Positions 10,281-22,800 of a DNA stretch of 33,076 nucleotides are shown here, in pieces. Made by a program: the position numbers and the translations under genes. The DNA is from Callorhinchus milii (taxonomy: Eukaryota): NCBI RefSeq assembly GCF_018977255.1, contig NW_024705587.1:1-33076 (forward strand), read 5' to 3'. Position 1 is the first letter of the stretch, and every line of letters starts with the position of its first letter. The notes below the pieces were generated by a model. The model was not told the DNA's origin and did no database searches. It saw nothing but the letters and a program-made list of their open reading frames with translations.

Positions 10281-10333
10281 TAACAGCAACTTGCCCCTAC
10301 AGCCTGTCGAAGGCTACACGGGGGAACTTTGCC
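10281..10333 (+). mobile_element. SINE 3'-tail fragment
   Basis: taacagcaacttgcccctacagcctgtcgaaggctacacgggggaactttg matches the family tail. Confidence 0.8.
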
Positions 10334-10554
10334 TCTGTGTCCCTATGAGTGAGTGTGTGTGGGGTGACGTGGAACTCGGAACTGTGGAATGTGACGAGGT
10401 GGCTGGTGGGATTCTGGGGTGGTGGATGGGTGGGTGGGGGGAGGCGGAGGGGACGCGGGATGAAGTGTAGCCCGCGCCCGTTATCCCTCATTCCCGGAGC
10501 GCCCGCACGCACACACACACACGGGCACACACACACACGGGCACACACGCACAC

Positions 10555-11205
10555 AGGCACACAACAACAACCGCCATTCGCCACTAAGTGGCGGTGACGT
10601 CACCACGACGCTTGTACCAGGCCATGTGCACCTTGAGGCCACGTGAAGTGTCCAACGCCCGCTGGCAGGAGGTCACGGGGCAGACCCAGCAGATGCCACG
10701 GGTCGACTGACTGAGATGACCGAGATGACTGGCTGATGCACCACCTGTGCCCCCTACCGTACCAACTTGCTGTGTTTTAGCCACCCGGCGCTCCGCTCGT
10801 TGTTGTGAGCGTCGCTCCTCCGCCCTCCGTTGTTGTTGGAGGGCGACTGCCTCCAACTGCCCAGTAGCGTCCTTCACGAGCCTCCTCCACTGAGGCCGAT
10901 CTTGACACCGCTGGTACCAGTCATCGGCAAGTCCACTCAGCTCCACGTCCTCCTGTACCACATCACTCCATCTCTTCTCTAGCCCGTGCCGCGCCCGTTT
11001 AGCCCCCTTGATCCGGCCGAACAAAAGCTGTTTAGGCATGCGGTGGCTGGGCATGCGGGCTACATGACCCAGCCAACGCAGCCTTGCCTGCCGGAGGAGC
11101 TCACCAAAGGGACTTTGCCCAGATCTTTCAAGGATTTGTGAGCTCCTCACACAATCCAGCCTGCCGGTTAAACCCAGGATGGATCGTGCACAATACCCAT
11201 GGCAA
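10555..11205 (-). mobile_element. 5'-truncated RTE-clade LINE (post-RT C-terminal region and 3' end)
   Basis: ORF has RLRWLGHVARMPxxRMPKQLLFG...KRWSD...DRPQWR and a C-terminal CxxxxC...GLKVH knuckle. It is followed by a very short 3' UTR, a stem-loop cgccact-a-agtggcg (10579-10593) and a (GTT)n/(GT)n tail. Confidence 0.9.
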
Positions 11206-11233
11206 ACATCACCCTTCACCACCCACCATCTCC

Positions 11234-11290
11234 TGCATGATATTCTCCCCGTGGATTTTTCTCCGGGTCCTCCGGTTTTCCCCCTCCACA
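11234..11290 (+). mobile_element. V-SINE central-domain fragment
   Basis: tgcatgatattctccccgtggatttttctccgggtcctccggttttccccctccaca resembles the V-domain TGCATGTTCTCCCCGTG...TTCTCCGGGTGCTCCGGTTTCCTCCCACA (recalled consensus). Confidence 0.7.
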
Positions 11291-12072
11291 TTTAGAATCA
11301 ACATCACGCGTTCAGAGCGTTTGGCTGCTTTAAGTGTCCACGTCATCAGCCATTTCAATGTGGCTATCATTTGTGAAAGCCAGGTCGCTTCTGCAAGAGC
11401 GCTACGTCGCTCAGTGGGCCATGCTTTGTGAACTAAAACAGATGTTTGAGTTTATAGACATTGCAGCAGTCAGAGACGCACACGTTTAGATTGCAGAGTG
11501 GCTCGTACCAGTTTCTTTTGTTCAGGGGGCTGGGAATGCGTTTGCTTTATAAAAGTGCTCTCACTTTCAATCTGCCCTTGAAACCAATCGTTAATCGAGT
11601 CCAGTCCTGCCGTCGTGTGTTTAATTAGCCACACTGGCGAAAGGTCACTCCTGACATTTCCATAACGAATGCAAGAGGCTTCATCGCATGCGAGAGAACG
11701 CCGACTCGTGCCGCGTGGCACTCGACGTTCTCTTCCTCAAACGAGTCTTTGCATTTGGACGCGTAAAATAGCCGATTTAATTTCCTGCAGCAACTAAAAA
11801 GTCAGATCGTATTCGTGGCATTACCCCCTCCCCTCTCCGTGAGTAGCGCCTCGTGGATTTAATAATTTAATTAGGAAAGTTGCGGAGGCGGCTTTACGAG
11901 TCGCTCAAGCAACAGGGTTCACTCACCACTCTCTACACGTGACCCATCTCCACGCGCGTGTCCAGTTGAACGCATTGGCTTTCTCCGCGTGCAAAAGTAC
12001 TCAAGAAGGAATTTGACAAGTAACCGGGCATTACAGGTCACGTGACACTACAGGTGTGCTCACACCTGAGTG

Positions 12073-12462
12073 CTGTGTGTGTGTGTGGGTGTGTGCATGT
12101 GTGTGCGTGTGTGCGTGTGAGGGTGTGTGAGTGTGCGTGTGTGTGTGGGCTTGTGTGTGCATGTGTGTGCGTGTGTGCGGTGCGTGAGTGTGCGTGTGTG
12201 TGCGTGTGTGTGGGTGCGTGTGTGTGAGTGTGCGTGAGTGTGCATGTGTGTGCATGTGCGTCAGTGTGCGTGCGTGCGTGTATGTGCGTGTGTGTGTACG
12301 TGTGTGCGTGTGCGTGAGTGTGTGTGTGGCGTGTGTGAGTGTGTGTGCGTGAGTGTGCGTGTGTGTACGTGTGTGCGTGAGTGGGCGTGTGTGTGCGTGA
12401 GTGGGCGTGTGTGTGCGTGTGTATGCGCGTGTGTGTGTGAGTGTGCGTGCGTGAGTGTGCGT
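12073..12462 (+). repeat. Imperfect (GT)n/(GCGT)n microsatellite
   Basis: About 390 bp of gtgtgtgcgtgagt-type repeats; explains the HT/CV ORFs. Confidence 0.97.
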
Positions 12463-12749
12463 GCGACAGTGTAGTGGTTAGCGCGCTGCGCTACGAACCC
12501 GGCAACCCGGGTTCGATTCCCGCTCACGGCCAACACACAGTGACGATTATCTGAACGGTCCGGGCCTCCCTAGGTCGACTCGGCCTCAAATGAGTACCTG
12601 GTGCGGTGTGTAAACATCGCCACTGGAGACAAAGGCGGCCGGGCGTGGTGCTGGCCACCACCCCCTCGTGTGCCGTTGCCGGCCTTCATAGGTGCTCGCT
12701 AACAGCACTTGCCCCTACAGTCTGTTAAGGCTACACGGGGGATCTTTTG
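12463..12749 (+). mobile_element. Full-length tRNA-derived SINE
   Basis: Same family as 9697-9993: A/B boxes, core gtcgactcggcctcaaatgagtacctgg, 3' tail. Confidence 0.92.
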
Positions 12750-12852
12750 TGCGCGCAGCATCACAACAACAACATCAACAACATCAACAACACATCAGAG
12801 ATGTGCGGCACAACAACAACAACAATGACCCCCCCTCCCCCCGTATGGATGT

Positions 12853-13008
12853 AACAGGCTGTAGGGGCAAGTGCTGTTAGCGAGCACCTATGAAGGTCGG
12901 CACTGTGGCACACGAGGGGGTGGGTGGACAGCACCACGCCCGGCCGCCTTTATCTCCCCAGCGGCGATGTTCACTGCTACACACCGCTGCACCGGGGACT
13001 CATTCGAG
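12853..13008 (-). mobile_element. SINE 3' half, inverted relative to 12463-12749
   Basis: ctgtaggggcaagtgctgttagcgagcacctatgaagg...cacgcccggccgccttt is the reverse complement of about 12630-12720. Confidence 0.9.
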
Positions 13009-14682
13009 ACACCAACACACGCTGAAGGGGGGGAGGGGGGGGAGTTTTGAGAAATCTGTTTGATGAACGAAATGGGTTTGATAAGATGTTGAACTTATTG
13101 TTGCTTAAGCTTCTTTAAAAAATAACAATCCAACGAACAAGATGAAGAAATAATGCTGTGCATGTAAGTTGGATGATTCTATAGACAGTTGGGAACATTC
13201 GTGGTTTGAAGCATTAACACGTGAACATGTGAACCCCTAGATCACGGGTACATTCTTTGGTTATTCGTTCCTACCAGCCCACCCCGCAGGTCCTGTTTAT
13301 TAGGCTCGTTTAAACCTCACGTGATGGGCGCAAGGGACATTTTCCGCTATTAATAGGCTGGGGTGAAACATGGGCACAGTGGTCAGCGTGCTGCTGCGCA
13401 AAGAACCCAGTGACCCCAAATTGACGACCGGCCATGCCCACCATCAGTGGCGAGTTACAGCCCAACCGGGCCTGAGCCCCCCTCCCCCCACACCCTCCCC
13501 ACCACTGACCAGCGGGGTGAAGTATAGTCGGACAATTACCACGACTGACATGCCATTGGAGGCTTTCATGCAGCAGTGGATTGACGTAGGGCTTTCATTG
13601 AAAATAGTATTATTATTCGTACCATTACGCTCATATTGCTCAGATGTAATGCTTAACAGGTTTATATGGCATGGTTATGCCAATGCAGGTCAAAGATCAC
13701 GGTCATGCGAAATACAATATACCGTTACCAGACCAGGGGTTTACCTCGAGTAATTATAACCGTAGAGGTGATTTACTTACGTAAAACGCACTTCAAAGAG
13801 CAATATTTTCACTCCAGTAGAGCAGATGGAGTGTTTAGGAAATAGCGAGCTGGACATAAGGGGAGCACGGCCGTGGCGAGTGCTTCTATGCAAAGTAGCG
13901 TGCGCGTATCAGAATTCCCCTTTGCATCCCCCCGCCGGCGTTGACGTGACGACGCGCTGCTCAGGTCCGGGGTGCGCTCAGAATTCACCTTCTACTGTGC
14001 CCGTGGTATGATGTCAATACAAACAATTCGCTTCGCGTAGAAGATGACAATCGTCGTGCTTGTGGAGACGGCCTGCAAGGCGGCGCGACCAGACATGGGC
14101 CCTGGCGCCGCCAGGAATACGACGACGCTGCCGCGCCGTTGGGACGACCGCCTCTAGGACGCCGCCGTGTGTGAGGGCGCGTGAGCCCGTGCGCGCGTGC
14201 GCGTGCTACTTTGGAATTTCAAACACTGGGACCAGGACCAACGTTTGCTTGTCTCGTGTGCCACCGGGAACCGTCCACTCGTGGGCAGAGTTCAAGGTTG
14301 GCGGCGAGGGTGTGGGGATGCACGTGTCACACGTCTCGAGCCTCCGGCCTGGCGGCCAGTCGCGCTGCACCACCCCGGCGACTCCCTCGTCGTCGCTGCT
14401 CTCCAGGAAATGGACTCGTCGGTCAAGTGGCTCGACGGCAGAGTGGGCGAGGAAGGGTGGCGAGATCAAATCCTGGAGGTACATAGGTGGCCGTGCGTCT
14501 GTGGAGATGGCGATCGTTTGTGATCGCCAGGTCGCTGCTGACAAAGAGCGATGTAGCTCAGAGGGTCTCACCCTGTTCGACAATAAAAACTAGTTTAGTT
14601 TAAATAGCTGAGAGCGGTGAGCGGGAATAGAACTCGCGTCCGCCGAGTTTGTAGCGCGGCGCCAAGCGCCGACGAGGCTCAC

Positions 14683-14879
14683 CTCCAGCGTTATTGTAGA
14701 TTTGGCCCTGGGAAGGCATTCGCGCGTTTCATCACTACAACATCCGGAGCAGCGCATGACGGCGACGCAGGACGGGTGGTAGAAGATGTCCGTGTCTCCC
14801 GGGTACTCCGTGGAGACGCTCACGAGCGTCTCGCGGGGCATGCACGCGCTCCGCTCCATCACCCGCTCCAGCGGCACCA
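14683..14879 (-). pseudogene. VEGFA: Duplicated VEGFA-like exon 3 (partial gene copy; no exon 4 found on this strand)
   Basis: Same translation and splice sites as 2009-2205; the duplication ends at 13252, before exon 4. Confidence 0.85.
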
Positions 14880-15813
14880 CTGCATTCCACGCCACGGGGC
14901 ACGCACGCGGACGTTAGCGAGTGCGTCAGAACGCGTGCTGCGTGCGTGTTGTGTGCGTGCGGTCGTGCGTGGGTGCTCAAACGTGGTCAGCAGTCCAAGT
15001 GTGTCTGTGTGTAACGCAGCAATTGGGCCGAGCCCTGCTCCGTTGGTGGCCCAGACCTCCGTGATCCTCTGGTAGCGATCTGTTTATCCAGGGGGGCTCA
15101 CGTGACAAACCCCAGAGAGATGATGGTTGCTGATGGTGATGATGATGATGGGTAATGGCTACTGATGATGGTTGATAATGACTCATGATGGCGGTGATGG
15201 ATCGGAGGCTCCAGCTCTCATGAGGAAAGCCACTGCCGGCGTGACCCCGCCGAGTGCACCTCACACCAGGTGCTGCTCGTGTTAGTGACCCTGGGAGGGA
15301 CGAGGGGGCCCCGAGTCAACTCACGACTTCACGGGCGCCCCCTGCTCGACTGCATTGAATAGAATGAACCTGTATGAGATGACCGGGCATATACCGACCT
15401 CAACCGTTGTGGTTCACAGCCCCCAGTTGGCTCAATAACCTTCTTACAACTCTCTGGTTAAGCTTGAAAGAAGAATATTGTGCAAATTCCTGTGAATTTA
15501 CAACACAATTGACATTCTTTAGGAGTTCAGCCTACCAACTTACACACGGGTTGAGCACGTGACATTGAGGTCAAAGGTACACTGCACGTCCCTGACCCTC
15601 TGCGTTACCCCTAAAGAAAATGTTGACACATGCCAATATAGTGAATGAGCATTATATATGTTTTACACCACACCGTCATTATCGCCAACCTGCTGCTGTT
15701 GCTGTTTGTCGTTTGTGTTAGATGTGCACGTGTTCGTTTGTACGCGACATTGCTTGCGCGCAAGAAATGTATTTTGCCAGGTTTAAAAAATTACAAAACG
15801 ATATGCAATTCGC

Positions 15814-15827
15814 CCAACAGGGGGCGC
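15814..15827 (+). promoter_or_regulatory. Candidate CTCF site (duplicate of 1065-1078)
   Basis: CCAACAGGGGGCGC. Motif match only. Confidence 0.4.
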
Positions 15828-15997
15828 TTAGGACACGTTGAGGCACACCCAACCCTCCTTAAAAGTGCGTTTCGAATGTTTACAATTCCAATATCCACGG
15901 TTTATTTAACATAAAAGTTGATTTTTCCACTTGAAGCTACTGCTGTTCGTCTCGGCGATTACTGTCACCCTGGTGCCCAAACAGGCCGGCGCCGTTT

Positions 15998-16833
15998 GGC
16001 GATGATGATGGTTGTTGGGATGGTGGTGATGATGATGGTGGTTGTGGCGATGATGATGGTGGTTGTGATAATGATGATGGTTGTTGGGATGGTGGTGATG
16101 ATGGTGGTTGTGATAATGATGATGGTTGTTGGGATGGTGGTGATGATGATGGTGGTTGTGATAATGATGATGGTTGTTGGGATGGTGGCGATGATGATGG
16201 TGGTTGTGGCGATGATGATGGTGGTTGTGATGATGATGGTTGTTGGGATGGTGGCGATGATGATGGTGGTTGTGGCGATGATGATGGTGGTTGTGATAAT
16301 GATGATGGTTGTTGGGATGGTGGTGATGATGATGGTGGTTGTGATGGTGGTGATGATGATGGTTGTTGTGGCGATGATGATGGTTGTTGGGATGGTGGTG
16401 ATGATGATGGTGGTTGTGGCGATGATGATGGTGGTTGTGATGATGATGGTTGTTGGGATGGTGGTAATGATGATGGTGGTTGTGGCGATGATGATGGTGG
16501 TTGTGATGATGGTGGTTGTGATAATGATGATGTTTGTGGTGGTGGTTGTGGTGATGATTGTTGTGGTGATGATTGTTGTGGTGATGATGATGATGATGGT
16601 TGTTGGGATGATGGTGGTGATGATGGTTGTGGTGATGATGATGGTTGTGTGGTGATGATGATGGTTGTTCGGATGATGATGATGATGGTTGTTGTGATGA
16701 TGATGGTTGTGATAATGATGATGTTGGTTGTGATAATGATGATAATGATGTTGGTTGTGATAATGATGATGTTTGTGATGGTTGTGATGATGATGATGGT
16801 TGGGCTAATGATATTGATTGTTGGGATGATGGT
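15998..16833 (-). repeat. ATG/GTG/TTG low-complexity minisatellite (inverted copy of 60-893)
   Basis: Direct inspection. Confidence 0.95.
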
Positions 16834-17334
16834 CTATGGGTGGCAGTGCTGAGTCTGTGGGTGGCAATGTGTGATGCCGCCGCCACGAAGCCGTTCGGCA
16901 GGCGCCCCATCCCCAACCTCGACACCACCAAGCAACGGAGCCAACCTCTTGTCCCCCTCACCTCACCTCACATGAACACACCCGCACGCATTTCCCCCCC
17001 CCATAGAGCTCCGAGGGGAGGTCACCTGCCGACCGGTTTTTATCCGAGAAACCCTTATCGGGATTAACTCTCACGGTTTCCGGCGATCAGGGAATTGGAT
17101 GGCCTCCCCCGACGCTACTTTGCACCGCGGCGCTGCGACCGGCCTTAATATGGTGTGGTCGCGGCGTGGGGCATTCGGCCACCGCGGTTGAGGCGCATTT
17201 CCCCCACACACACCCCCATGGGTCGACGGGGCAAGCAGGGGAGGGACGGGACAGCATGAATAGCGGGACCGCAGGGGCTGTTGCGCATAGTCATGGAGGG
17301 TTGGGATAATTACGCTTGAGCGCGCAGGCCCCAT

Positions 17335-17628
17335 TGTTAGGGAGGGTAAGGGATTAATTAGAATTTACGCCACGCACGCCGCACACTGATTAGCATATCA
17401 ACAGCGCCCGGAACCGCCGTGCGCGTGCCAGAGGGGCGCGAGCCCATTGTTCAGAGCCGGATCCCTTTGAGGTAGAGAGGATAAATAGGGGGCGCAAAGG
17501 GGAAATCGCTCTCTTCTCTCCAGCGCCAGGTGACAGGACGCTCTCCAGTCCAGCGACCCGAACGTCCGTGAGACGCATCGAGGCACGCTGCGAGTACGGG
17601 ATCAACGAACCGCCGTGGGCACCTAACA
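17335..17628 (+). mobile_element. LTR-like segment
   Basis: Bounded by TGTTAGG...CCTAACA (7-bp inverted termini, TG...CA) with TATA-like gataaatag near 17480. No target-site duplication, and the element may extend further right. Confidence 0.4.
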
Positions 17629-18296
17629 GTGAGTAAGAAGGTGAAGTAGGATCATAGCCGATAAATAGAGAATAGATTCAGCGGTGGTAGAATAGGCCAG
17701 CCTCGTCGACTCATACTGATTCAGCATCAATTCGCAGGTAGCAACTAATAAATCATTAATAGCTAAGCGTGGCCTCGTGTGATCTCGTGAGCGGTGTGAA
17801 CGCGTGTAGTGCTGCGGCTCGCCTCGTGGGAGCGCTGCACAGAGCGGCGTCGAGCAGTGTGCCTCGTGTGGAGCGGTGTGGTGTGCGTGCGTTCACTCCG
17901 TGTATGATACAGGTGCGCGATCATAACGCGAGTATTCAGTGGTGAGTGTCGCGGGGAGCTGTGTGCGTGAGTGCGCGTACGTTCGCTACGTGTCGGATAC
18001 GGGTGCGCATTGGTAACGTGGTTATTCGACGTGGAGGCGAGTTCCGCATAGGGCTATAGACGGGCACACGCTCGCAGCGTTCGAGAGCTGTACTTAGCGG
18101 TGTAAAGAGGGGGAGTATGCCGTTTGATTGATGATGCTGTGCGCACGTATCCTTGCAGCGTGGGAGCGCTGCGTGAAGCCGTATGGGTAGGGGCGTCGCG
18201 TTCGAAGGCCGGCGAAACCATAGCGGGTATTAGGGTGGTGGGGTAACGTAAACAGAATAGGGGATGCAGGCGGGTGGGAACCCGGGGGCCAACGGC

Positions 18297-19231
18297 CCCC
18301 ACATAACTGCTGCCGCAGACACAACTTAGTTTGTAGACACCAGGGTATTGCATGTCAGGCATGACATCCTTCACAGATGGGATCAAATCGTGGATTTTGT
18401 GTACTGTATTGAATCGGACCTGTATCTTGTGTTTGTTTAAGATTTTGGAAATCTTTTTGGTAACACCTGCTATGTATGGCAAAGTGATGGTTTTGATTGG
18501 GTCCTCAGATGGTTGTCTCCCCATGGTTGGGGATACAGCTTTGCGGATTGTGCGGTCTGAGTATCCATTCACCTTGAGGGCTTGGTGTACGTGCTCCAGT
18601 CCACAGGCTAGGTGGCGCTGGTGGGAGATGCAGCGGGCCCTATGGTGTAGTGTTTTTATGAGGGAGTTCTTTTGGACCGGATAGTGGTGGGAATCAGGCT
18701 TTAGATAGGAATCCGTGTGGGTGGCTTTACAGCAGACGGAAAGTCCCAACGAGCCATCAGGCCTCGATTCGATCAAAACATCCAGGAATGGTAGCTTGCC
18801 ATCATTTTCCACTCTAGCAGCCAAAGGTTTTAGATAGAGCTGCTTGGTCGGTCCGATTAGAGAAGTCGAGATAGTGATATTGTTGGGTTTTTTAGCCAGG
18901 CAGTTGGTAGGATCTTTGTTGATTTTGGTATAACTGCCATCATTAAGGTCCTGAATTTTGTTGCATGTGGTTTTATCCATGACCGTGGCATTAGCCTTGT
19001 CGGCTGAAAGGATGACAATGTCATCTCTCTTTTTCAATTGAGCGAGTTCAGAGCGCCCGTCCCTGCTGATGTTACTAATGGGTTTCTTAGCATTTTTGAG
19101 GATGGCGACGATTTCAGATCTTGCCACATCTGCTGGGATGTGACCCAAACCTTTGAGGGCTACGTCAACCTGGGCAATTATATCCACTGGGATGTGTTTG
19201 GGGCGACTGCAAAATTCAGCCCTCTAGCTAG
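18297..19231 (-). mobile_element. Penelope-like retroelement fragment (RT N-terminus and thumb, start of GIY-YIG), internally deleted
   Basis: LARGLNF, ILSADKAN, KDPT, LPFLDVLI, KATHTDSYL..SHH, NGY, LPYIAG and GVYKLSCVCGSSYVG are characteristic PLE motifs. The catalytic RT core (YxDD) is absent. Confidence 0.92.
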
Positions 19232-19618
19232 TGTAGTGTAGTATGGAGGCATGACATCATACGCTCTGAGGTGCGATGACATCATGTCACCTGGGGGTAC
19301 TTAAGGGGGGACCCGTGATGAAAGCGGGGTCGTTGTGGGAGCCCGGGATGGTGAGCAGTTGAAAAGAGCTGAAGAGACAGCCACAGGGGTAGTGCTCAAG
19401 AAGTGTGTAGAAGCCGGCTGTAGTTACGGGAGGTGCTGCTCTCCTTGGTCGGAAGGTGTTGGCTGAACCCCTGTCCTGACTCGAGTGTGAAAGCCCTTAG
19501 AGACAGCCCAGGCTAGCAGCAGATAGAGCCAAAGGTCCATGTGAAGGACCGAGTGTAGGACACCTACCCCTGGTGTTAGTTACCACCTTCATTGTTAACC
19601 GTGTCGTCATTCACTACA
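19232..19618 (+). mobile_element. Solo-LTR-like segment truncating the Penelope fragment
   Basis: TGTAGTG...CACTACA inverted termini, starting exactly where PLE homology ends. No clear target-site duplication. Confidence 0.45.
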
Positions 19619-19787
19619 CAACACATTAACATGTGGTAAGCAATGTGGGACATCGATGTGCACAAATATGAAAAAGATCGACAAGACGTCATTCATTTAT
19701 CGGTCTCTCCACGAAACAAAGGAATGTTTTACACAAACTATAAACAGCACAGCCTTCTGAGAGTGCATCGTTGATTCAGTACAAGCC

Positions 19788-19817
19788 NNNNNNNNNNNNN
19801 NNNNNNNNNNNNNNNNN
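19788..19817. other. Assembly gap (30 N)
   Basis: Run of N. Confidence 1.
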
Positions 19818-22800
19818 ACCTCCATTCACCGGCACCCAAATATATCTTTTCTGATAAGTGCATGGGCACATATAAGGCTTTTATTAAAAAGATGGAGTGC
19901 GTGGTGTCACACGTGCTCAACCGAATCCCGAGGGTGCCGTAATATGTATTGGCCTGAGTCTACGATTTACCTGACAGGCCCAAGACCATACAGCCAGTTC
20001 TCTCCCAACCGTTATCTAAGTTCGCTCTGGCGCTCACGATGGCGACACAGCATGATAAATGGTGTCCTTGGACTGGCAGAGTAGTCCGAAGTGCTTTTGT
20101 CTGACTGCGTCTTCCTATGTCGGCCCAGCGTTCCATGAGGCGCGGGATTTATTGTGATACTGGGATTCGTAGAGGGCTATGGACTAACATGTTTTGGGAC
20201 ACCGGGCGCGATGGCTATTGCGTACGTACAGCCCGCCTACTGTCCTTGGACGTCGACTCTACGGGGCTAGACTGGATTTCCCGTGGTCATCAATCGGTCG
20301 TCCCCATAGGCCCTCCTCACCAAAGATTTTCGTGCGCGATGCCGCTTAACTCACACAATATTTTGCTACGCACGTCTATAATACTTCTTTCCTGACTTTT
20401 TACACGCACGCGGAGCGGCATACGCGCTGAACGCACCTACTCACACGTGGTCTAGCCCCCTCGAAGCGTGATTTAGTCCGGGTTCGATCCGCAAATCTTG
20501 GTGAAAAGCCGCTGGTGCCCGCGTTTCTAAAGAGAGCACCCGAGTCTAAATAACTTAGTCGATTATATGGAACGACCACCGACATTTACGGCATTTGCAC
20601 GGATCTTTGGTAGGTGCATGTATCCCGATTGGTCTTCTGGCCCGCACAATACCTTGAGGTTTGTTCTGGTGATTACACTATACGCGATGCTCGTTTGCCT
20701 GATCCACTGTCGAGTAAAGTAGGGACTGAGTAGCACCCCCCAGACAAGGAGGATAAACGCGGGAGGCGGACTTTTCAAGATAGGTTTTAATGCACTACAG
20801 TCGGGTAGGATCCGCCCGTTCAAATCGTCAATCCTCGCCTCATTATACTATGCGCCAGTAAGGCGTCCCGACCCCGGTTAGTTAACCAGCACAGCATTTG
20901 TTTTCATGGTTCACTGCCTTGCAGCGATCTATAGTAAGAATCCAGGGTTAGAAATCGTGAGTTTGGACACGGGCCGCTGTGCGCCAAAAGAGAGTTTCAC
21001 TTCCCGATCTGATTCAGCGAGCTACGGGAATTCGTATGAGTGAACGTACAACGCCCGGCCCCAATTCTGCCGGATGTACGAGACAACGCGAGCGACCTAC
21101 ATTGTCAGGATTCCGTTCCTATCGGAATACCGGTTTGGACCAGCCAGTCTCATACAGTTAAAGGTCGGATTTGAACACCGCGGACCTCCTCGAGAGGGGC
21201 TTCATCTCAATCCTCAGCGGGACTACCGGTACTGCGCCAGGGTCGTTGAATACATGTTCCTATGGATGCATACCACAAGTAACTTAGGTATAGCCGTCCC
21301 GGTGAAAGACTTTATAAACCCTCGAGTAAAATATACAAGGAGGCATGCAGTGAACAGTTGGCCGTTACCCCTGTTCATGGGCGGTGGACGGACTCTGATC
21401 TGGGACATGTACATGACTCTAACAGCTGAACCGATGGTCATAGCTAACTAGTCTAGCAGTCGGAAGAAGGTAACTGTGGTTTTTCGAGCTACCAGAATGA
21501 CTTCTCAGCGTTCCCATTGTCTATATCTACGCGATGGGTAGCAACGTCAACTAGCTCGGTCTACGCTTTCAAGGTGTTTCATGATGTGTCCATACTATAC
21601 CAGTCAAGCCGGCGGTTCGGTCACAACTTTGATATACAGATGGTCCTTAGCACCATCGATCGTGCTCCAACTGTAAAACGGTCGAGAGTTTATTGGGTTT
21701 ATGGTGCGGTTCCAGTAGCAGTGTACGGGAGACGCGCTACATTTAGGAACGGTAGACTGTTTCTTGTACTAGAGTTGCGCCAATGAGAATCCTCCTCACT
21801 CTGCACAGATGGCTTATCTTAAGCCCGCTCGCATACACACTGACCTAATTAAGCATCAATTTCGTTTTTACAAACTATGCCACATCGCAGTGGTAAGCCC
21901 CGTTAAGAACATCCGACGATGATGCTCTTTTACGCTCTTACACGCCTAATTATAATGACACAGCGTCTCTATCAGACATAATTCGCAGCTAAGAGCGTGA
22001 CTATAAATATTCCCACATGCGTCTTGTCAGGCCAATGCAGAACATTCTGCGCTTTGCGCAGTCGAGCGAAGCGCGGGGTGATCATGCGTCGCCGCAACTC
22101 CTCTGTATAGCTTTACCATAGCCATTTCTATTCCTCGCTAGTAGGCGTTACATTCAGGCGTAAACTACAACGATCGTTACCTTCGTATGGCGCACCGTCA
22201 TATCCCTAGACCACTCATATGCATCGGCATAAAAATCTCGATCACAATGGTCGCGTAGATCTTGGGTTATCTCGCAGGTCTTCGTATTCACGCGTACGTT
22301 CTTATGAAAATATCTTTTTTTCACTCCTCGTGTCTGCCGGTCGAGTAGGGTTACTCTATTGTGGTCCTACAAGGGTACCCGCCTGGGATTATTCATTCCT
22401 GAGACACTTCAATGCTGAAGCCAACAGTGGAGACGAATCTTTCAGGGACAACCTCAACGATTTAAATTAAAGGCTCCGGAAACTCATTCACCACTAGGGG
22501 TTGCGGTTTCCAACTACTGAGCAAATAAAATCTCCAATACTTCGATGTAAAAGCACTTCACTAAGCATCGGTGAAATCCTACGCTCTACAGTCGCTGATG
22601 AGCTGACTCGCCCAAACGGCAGGTCCAGTGCGATACTCTTAAAGCAAACAGCGGCGGCCGCTTAAGATTCCAAGTCACCCTTTCCCCAGCGACCAGACTG
22701 GGCGAATAGGGTTGGTTAATCTGAGGGCCCCAACGGTAATGAGGCAGGTAGAAGATGGACACAAGTAGTGCCGTGCGTGCTGGCCATATATCATCGGTAT

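Larger units (their letters stand above)
13252..16893 (-). repeat. Right arm of large inverted duplication
   Basis: Reverse complement of 1-3603; carries an extra 38 bp (14351-14388) relative to the left arm. Confidence 0.97.

Noticed and set aside
12031..12536. His-Thr and Cys-Val repeat ORFs
   Set aside because: Translations of a (GT)n microsatellite.
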